A stretch of DNA of 64,000 bases from the IMG/VR virus record IMGVR_UViG_3300011008_000009, positions 32,001-96,000 of that record. One strand, 5' to 3'. A program made the position numbers and the translations under genes. How positions within the stretch are numbered: the stretch's first letter is position 1; the number at the start of each line of letters is the position of its first letter. Shown here in pieces: positions 57,977 to 64,000 of the stretch. Under the pieces are notes generated by a model, which was not told the origin of the DNA, searched no databases, and saw only the letters and a program-made list of their open reading frames with translations. This stretch comes from a virus.

Positions 57977-60030
57977 GTACAACAATAGCCAATTTACCAA
58001 AAGCTGGTAGTTTATATGATAACCATTTAATGATAGTAGAAGAGGTAAGTAATGGTACTTCTGTTGAAACTCAGAAAACTACTCTTCAAGACTTATATGA
58101 ATGGCTAAATAATGCTTTAAGTAACGTTTATACACAATCTTCACAAATACAAGTTATTGGTAGTAATATTGATAGAGAAGTAAATGATGTTACTAATACA
58201 GTAATATTCCACTTCGTTTTGCCTAATTATGAGCCTAAGACTTATTACGAAGGTGAAATTGTAGCCTATAAAGATTGTATTTATCAATGTATAAACGATA
58301 CTCAAAGCGCGCAAATTGATGATATAAATTGGAAAAGAATGGGATACAATCCTGGCAAGTATATTACTATAGACGAAGATAATATTATATCGGCGGCGGG
58401 AGTAAAAACTTGGCAAAGTGGAGAAGAATATGCAATAGGAGATTGTGTAATTCGTAATAAACAATTATATCAATGTTTAATAGCAAATACCGATACCACT
58501 TGGGATAAAAACAAATGGCAGAATATAGGCGAAGGTAATGGAATATTAATTTACGAAGATAGAAAATACTATGATGTTGGCGCCATTATAATTAAAGACG
58601 ATATGTTATATAAAAGAGTTAGTGGCGGCGCCGATATATCTTGGACTCCTAGCAATTGGATATGTATTTCAAGCGGTATTTATAGTATTGTCTATATAAA
58701 ATATTCATATGATGTTCCTACTAGAGATAGTGAAATGTCAGATATACCGAATAGATATATTGGTATATGTAATGGAAGTAACACTAATGTGCCGCGACAT
58801 TATACCGATTATGTATGGTATAAAATCAAAGGCGAAGATGGCACAGTTAATGTAGAAGCTAACTGCATTGTTATCGAAGCTACATTGGATAAAGATGATT
58901 GGAGTAATACTATTCCTCATACTATTACTGTTTTAGATAGTACAGTTACAGAAGATATGTACCCTATCGTTGATATCGTATTATCAGCTGATACTTCTCT
59001 TTGGGGAGACGAAAAAGAGAATTTTGTTTTAATAGACAAGGCGGTCGCCACTAATGGCGCTATAACTTTTTATTGCGGTAGTGATAAGCCAGCTATTGAT
59101 TTGAATATTAAGGTAAGATTTAATGGCGATGTTAATGAAAATAGCTTTGCAAGGAGAGACGAATTGCAATCTTTTGAAACATCTACTCAAAGTGCTTTTG
59201 TTGCTATGGGCGCCAGAGTGACTGATAATACTAATGACATAGAAGAACTACAGGCTGGAATACAGTTGATAATAGATAAGTTAGAAGAATTTAATATGGT
59301 GGATTATAAATATTGGTTAGTTTTGGGAGAAGTAACTACTGAGTACGACAGTTTAGCAGAAGTATTGGCTTCTACCGATTATCCAGTGTTGTTAAATAAT
59401 GAGCGTTCCGCCGCCTATGCAGCCTATATCTCGTCTGAAATTGCTACTGCAATAAAAAATAATCTAACATATTTAAGACAAGCATTATTATGTGATAATA
59501 GTGATATGTTCTTTAATTCTAGTTATGACTATGATGAACATATAGAAGAATTTACCGAGGTTAATCCTACTGTTACTAGTGGAACTTATCAAGGTATAGT
59601 AACTTGTAGTTCTGATAGAGAGAGTTATGGTTATTGTGGCTATATGGCTTTTGATGGTGGAGTTGATAGTAATGATTTGACTGTAGTAGGTGAAGATAGA
59701 CATATTTGGTCTGCTATGGGATTAAATCAATGGGTACAATATAAGTATAGCAGTCCTAGAAATTTATATAAGGTTAAAATCTATGGTATAAGAGATAATG
59801 CACCATTAAGTGTAGAAGTTCAAGGCAGCAATGATGGCGAGAATTTTACTACTATAGATGTGAAGAATTTAAATATTGTACTTGATGCACAAAATTACAC
59901 TGAGTTTATTTGTACTTGTAATACTAAGTATATGTATTATAGGTTTGTAATAAATGATAATTATTATAGTGGAACTTGCGCGGTAGGAGAAATTGAGATT
60001 TATACATTTGTGGAGGACAACAATGGCTGA
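57973..60030 (+). CDS. tail fibre / receptor-binding protein with CBM5/12-like repeats and a C-terminal discoidin (F5/8 type C)-like domain
   Basis: Three W/Y...Y.(I/E)G(D/E).V.....LYQC...W repeats. The IKYSYDVPTRDSEM...YIGICNG...YTDYVWYKIKGEDG motif is present. The C-terminus is NQWVQYKYSSPRNLYKVKIYG...VEVQGSNDGENFTTI. Confidence 0.65.
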   Translation: MSTTIANLPKAGSLYDNHLMIVEEVSNGTSVETQKTTLQDLYEWLNNALSNVYTQSSQIQVIGSNIDREVNDVTNTVIFHFVLPNYEPKTYYEGEIVAYKDCIYQCINDTQSAQIDDINWKRMGYNPGKYITIDEDNIISAAGVKTWQSGEEYAIGDCVIRNKQLYQCLIANTDTTWDKNKWQNIGEGNGILIYEDRKYYDVGAIIIKDDMLYKRVSGGADISWTPSNWICISSGIYSIVYIKYSYDVPTRDSEMSDIPNRYIGICNGSNTNVPRHYTDYVWYKIKGEDGTVNVEANCIVIEATLDKDDWSNTIPHTITVLDSTVTEDMYPIVDIVLSADTSLWGDEKENFVLIDKAVATNGAITFYCGSDKPAIDLNIKVRFNGDVNENSFARRDELQSFETSTQSAFVAMGARVTDNTNDIEELQAGIQLIIDKLEEFNMVDYKYWLVLGEVTTEYDSLAEVLASTDYPVLLNNERSAAYAAYISSEIATAIKNNLTYLRQALLCDNSDMFFNSSYDYDEHIEEFTEVNPTVTSGTYQGIVTCSSDRESYGYCGYMAFDGGVDSNDLTVVGEDRHIWSAMGLNQWVQYKYSSPRNLYKVKIYGIRDNAPLSVEVQGSNDGENFTTIDVKNLNIVLDAQNYTEFICTCNTKYMYYRFVINDNYYSGTCAVGEIEIYTFVEDNNG

Positions 60031-60217
60031 TGGATTTATAATTAAAAGAGGTAGTCAAGGTGGAACGAAGCAAGTGGAAACTCTAGCTTTTAAGGGAATT
60101 GACTATGGTAGTTTAGTCCCATTAAAACTTACCAAAGAGCAAGGATTAGATATGGCTAGTTTATTGCCATTGAATGATACAAAAAACCACGGTACTGATT
60201 ATAATATAAATAATTAA
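60023..60217 (+). CDS. hypothetical small protein
   Basis: The start at MADGFIIKRG follows GGAGG, with ATGGCTGA overlapping the upstream stop. Confidence 0.45.
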   Translation: MADGFIIKRGSQGGTKQVETLAFKGIDYGSLVPLKLTKEQGLDMASLLPLNDTKNHGTDYNINN

Positions 60218-60229
60218 TGGAGGTAAATT

Positions 60230-60961
60230 ATGCATACCTTAAATGAAATAGAATTAACCCTAGTATGCTCGCAAGAGGGAACAGAAACTATAGCTGAAGC
60301 ATATCAAAGAATGATACTTGATGCTTTATCTCAATATACTGGTCTTATTAGAGAGGGTAGTAAAGTATGGTTTGATTCTGAAAAAAGAATAGGCTTTGAA
60401 GTTTATTGTTATAACACTAATTATATATATACTAGATGGTCAATAGACAACGTTACAGTTGGAAACAATTTGAGTTATAATAATTTGTCTGCAACTGGGG
60501 CTATAAAAATGAGAATACATCGTAGTACACAAGAAAGCGTAACTTACTTTACTTTAAGTTATCTAACGTCTGCTACTGCAACGAACACAACTGAAACCCC
60601 TTTTATGTGTGCTGAAACCGCGGATGGTGAAAAAGTCGTTTTCAGTTATTATGATTATGGTTATGAAAGAACAGTGATTTATACTAATACCATTAATTCC
60701 TTAACAGATACTGTGCTTAGAATTACTCGCGGCATGTATTCAAGCTATTATTGTATTACGAAGTATCCAGATGCTTATCATAATAAACCTTTTAAAGAAT
60801 TATATTTAGTCTGCAGCTATACAGATACAGAAAAAGCTAACAATCAATTAGTATCTTTCCCAGATTCGGTTTATCGCTTCGTGAGAATGCACAATAGAAA
60901 CGATGCTAGTTATCGTTTTTCTTACGGCGGCTTCGCCTTCCCCGTTTCTGACCCAGCATAA
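60230..60961 (+). CDS. hypothetical protein sharing the C-terminal FAFPVSDP motif with family A
   Basis: Ends YGGFAFPVSDPA*, compared with LLAFPVSDPEVSE* of ORF 56406..57776. Confidence 0.6.
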   Translation: MHTLNEIELTLVCSQEGTETIAEAYQRMILDALSQYTGLIREGSKVWFDSEKRIGFEVYCYNTNYIYTRWSIDNVTVGNNLSYNNLSATGAIKMRIHRSTQESVTYFTLSYLTSATATNTTETPFMCAETADGEKVVFSYYDYGYERTVIYTNTINSLTDTVLRITRGMYSSYYCITKYPDAYHNKPFKELYLVCSYTDTEKANNQLVSFPDSVYRFVRMHNRNDASYRFSYGGFAFPVSDPA

Positions 60962-61022
60962 CTTTTTTAGACCCTATTATAAGCTCCTTCACCTAATGGT
61001 AGAAAATATTAAGGAGGGATAC

Positions 61023-64000
61023 TATGACCTATATCCAAACTACCTCTCCTAGGACGGCAGTATTCTACGGCGAATCAATGGCTGATTTAGCCTTAATGCC
61101 GACTACTACCAAAATAGGTGAGGGAGAGTATATACACGCCTTAGCCCAAGAAGGCAGTTATGCTATGATATTGCTCACAGACGGCTTGAAGAAATTTATG
61201 CTCCGTAGCACTGGCTGGGTTGAAGTAAAAGACCAAGGCGGTGGCGGTAGTTGGTTCGAGCCAGGCGGCAACACAACCTTTGCAGAATTGCCTACTCCAA
61301 GTGGAGATAATGTTGGTATTGTATATAATGTTACAGATGCCTTTACTACTGATGAGCGTTTTAATGAAGGCGCTGGGATAGATTATCCGGCGGGAACTAA
61401 CGTTGCGATAGTAAATGTTGGTACAGACTCTACTCCAGTGTATAAGTTTGATGCCTACGCGGGCGCCTATACGATTGATGATGAATTGTCGTTAGTGTCG
61501 GAGAACCCTGTGCAGAATAAGGTTATAACTAGTGAGATTAATGGGATTAATACTGCGTTACAAAATAAACAAGATACGCTTACATTCGATCAGCAACCTT
61601 CACAAGGTAGCAACAATCCTGTTAAAAGTGGTGGACTATATAATTCTCTTGGTGGTAAGTCTGCACTTACATTTTTACAGGCTTATGATGCTTCCGTTGC
61701 ACAACTTTCGTCAGGCTTTGTTTTCACGCCGCAAGGTGCCTACAATATGTACGAAAATGTTATGAGAACAATACCCTCTGTTGCCGGAAGCATAGCGGGT
61801 CAGTTAATTAATTCTGCAATACCACAAGTTATGCCAAAAGTTTATTGGTTTGCTGTTCAAGGTTCAGATTGGGACGAATATGGTGAGGCAGTAATAGATT
61901 TACAGAATGATTTCCAAATTGTTATTTCTCAAACTAATTATAACCAATTAATAGTACAAGATGGCTTGAATTACTGGAACGATTACGCGATGGAACTTCA
62001 TACCGTTAATACAGATGAAAGTGGGAATATTACCACAATACAACTTGTATGTGATATTTATAATACCCAAGATCCACCTAGTAACCCTCCTACTTATATG
62101 GAGTTTTTAATAATATCAAGCCCAGCGACCAAAAATGGAGCAGCTTCGCTTTCAGCTTTATATGAGTCGCCAGGATTAAAGGCTCTTGCTGATAAACCTA
62201 ATATAGATGACACTCCTAGTTGGACCAATACATATAGTTCGATGCGTATTGACGAAAAGGTCGCCGCGCTGATAGACGATACCACAGCCGCGCAGAACAA
62301 GACATACAGCTCGGCAAAAGTGGAAGAGAAAGTCGCCGGCGAAGAGATCACCACCACAGCCACCGGCTCTGACCTGACCCTTTCCACAAGCTCCGGCAAC
62401 ATCAACGCACTCACGGTTTACGGCAAGTCTGAAGTCGTGGACGGAAGCATTAAGAGTGCGGGTGAGGGGTGGAGTACTGTTGATTTAGGGACACTGACGT
62501 GGGGCTATAATTCATTCTCAGCTTCAAACCCGTTTTTTTATGCTTCTGACATAAACATCAAATTGGCTACAACGCAGGCAATAAATGAAAATCTTGTATG
62601 TGAGGCATATAACACATATTCCTTTAACACTGTGCTGTACGATGTAAATATAGACAAAGCAATCGGTGTAAATAGTGTTGATAATGCATATAAACTTGTC
62701 GCAACAAACACTGATTACGCCGACGCAGCCTCATTCAAAACAGCAATGTCTGGCATTATCCTCGCATACCAACTCGCAGACCCTACACAGGGCAACACAA
62801 TAGCTGTCAAGACCGACAATGGCTCGGGCATAGACGGCACTATGGCTGTATTCACAACGGGGGCACCGCTGTATGGTGTTTCTGATACCGTAAGAGATGT
62901 TATGCAGTGGAACGGTTCGAACGGTGAGGTTACAAAGAATTGTGCGAAAGGTAGATTAGCGGATTTGACATGGACTTTAGACAATGATAGACAGGCTTTC
63001 TATACTAACGATTTGACCAATATAATTAAGCCTGCAATCAACTTTAATAGTCGACCAAATCTTTTAATAGACGGCTACACCGTAGTCACTCCAAGCCAAG
63101 TTCTGACAAGCACCACTGACTTGCGAATATCAGCATACCATTATGGGCAATTCGACATACTTACGCTCCGAAACCTCGCGTACACAACAGTCTCCGACTT
63201 TGTAGCTGGTCTCGGTGACGCAGAACTCATCTACGAACTCGCAACACCTACAACTGAACAGCTGACAACAGCAGAGAACGCAAGCATTGCAGGGCTTCGC
63301 ACTTTCGCGCCACAGACACACGCGCAGAATAATGCAGGTGCGACGATGACAATTGAAGCATACGCTGGAACAGCGAACGGCAAGGCAATCAACTCTATAC
63401 AGTCGGACCTACAGGAACAGATTAACAACATTAAAAACACAATAAAGCCAAGAGTTTATGCGTTCTACGTTGATCCAAACGATAGCAATCCTGCAACTCG
63501 CGTTCATCCGTATTATAACACAAAATACGGCTGTGATAATTTACTTTATATAAACGCATATATGGACTACGAAAAAGACGAGTTCAACTATGGTTCATGG
63601 GAAGATTTTATCAAAGAGTTTTTCAAGCCTTGTATGCTTGCTTATGATGGTCACGTAGATTATTATCTTGACCCAGATGATTATGAGACTAAACTTGACG
63701 GTGGTACAAGTGATATTAAGGATATGACCTATAACGGTAATGTTATGGTTCAAATTAAGAAACTTTGGGTTAAACGTTGGACAACAAACGGAAAATACTA
63801 CTGTATTATTTCTGACAAAAAACTTGACAAATCTTTTAAGGCTTTTGCACATCACGATATAAAAGGTAATGTACTTGACTATATTTATCGCGCTTGTTAC
63901 GACGGCAGCTATGACGGAACAAGACTACGCTCTATCAGCGGCATTGACTATCATAATCTCAATGCATTAACTGTTGACAAAATAATGTCAAATACTACTC
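61023..64000 (+). CDS. large tail fibre/receptor-binding protein, 3' end outside the window (absent from the ORF track)
   Basis: ATG at 61023 follows AAGGAGGG. I read no in-frame stop to nt 64000 (about 992 codons). Fibre-type motifs ENPVQNKVITSEINGINTALQNKQD, SNNPVKSGGLYNSL and TYSSMRIDEKVAALIDD. Confidence 0.75.

Noticed and set aside
61532-61765. 77-aa + strand ORF in the track, and 63595..63855 on the minus strand.
   Set aside because: Both lie inside the long frame-3 ORF starting at 61023, in other frames.
62094-63440. Four minus-strand ORFs: 62094..62414, 62715..62984, 63130..63321 and 63231..63440.
   Set aside because: They lie antisense to the long open frame 61023->. They appear only where that gene becomes GC-rich, and fewer stop codons occur by chance there.
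1-64000. Stop-codon reassignment (TAG/TGA recoding), as seen in some gut phages.
   Set aside because: All large genes read through cleanly with the standard code. The only apparent gene fragmentations are explained by introns with rule-conforming splice sites.
1-64000. Assignment to crAss-like phages, and presence of tRNA genes, CRISPR arrays or an integration module.
   Set aside because: The replication set (DnaE-type polymerase, DnaB, topo II, consensus sigmaA-type promoters) does not fit what I know of crAss-like genomes. The non-coding stretches are accounted for by intron cores, promoters and terminators. No cloverleaf-like or repeat-spacer structure and no integrase or repressor pair was seen.

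Overview
This window reads as part of a large, AT-rich (about one-third GC by eye) dsDNA phage genome. No rRNA, tRNA, CRISPR array, integrase or host-like flanking genes were seen.

Layout:
- nt 2-1117 (+): the 3' end of a tail-fibre gene.
- nt 1114-40044 (-): a roughly 39 kb replication and nucleotide-metabolism module. It encodes a RuvC-like resolvase, dUTPase, ThyX, a ClpP-like protease, a DnaE-type polymerase, a RecJ-like DHH exonuclease, primase, DnaB helicase, a PhoH-like ATPase, a Sak4-like ATPase, type II topoisomerase A and B subunits, NrdD/NrdG, an MFS transporter, DNA ligase, a dNMP kinase and RNase H.
- nt 40200-64000 (+): a roughly 24 kb module of large, mostly unrecognisable tail or adsorption proteins. 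The two arms diverge from back-to-back promoters at about 40.1 kb.

Main observations:
1. Three essential genes (dnaE, the topo-II B subunit and nrdD) are each split into three exons by two group I introns. Each intron carries a homing endonuclease: 3 GIY-YIG, 2 HNH, 1 LAGLIDADG. nrdD also carries a LAGLIDADG intein. Splice junctions can be proposed to the nucleotide because they rebuild textbook motifs.
2. The palindrome GGCGCC occurs about 45 times, against roughly 1-2 expected. It falls in all three codon phases and on both gene arms. It is absent from all introns, homing-endonuclease genes and the intein.
3. An OFA-family MFS transporter is translationally coupled to nrdG.
4. An HPr/Crh-like protein lacking the phospho-histidine but keeping Ser46 opens the rightward operon.
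5. There is a family of near-consensus TTGACT-N17-TATAAT promoters. Two of them are fused to terminator hairpins.
6. The rightward module contains two paralogous protein families.
7. An open-ended tail-fibre ORF that is missing from the ORF track contains a GC-rich mosaic patch.

The promoter type, the Crh-like protein, the BspA-type LRRs and the class III RNR suggest an anaerobic Firmicute host. That is inference only.

All coordinates of motifs read by eye may be off by 1-2 nt.
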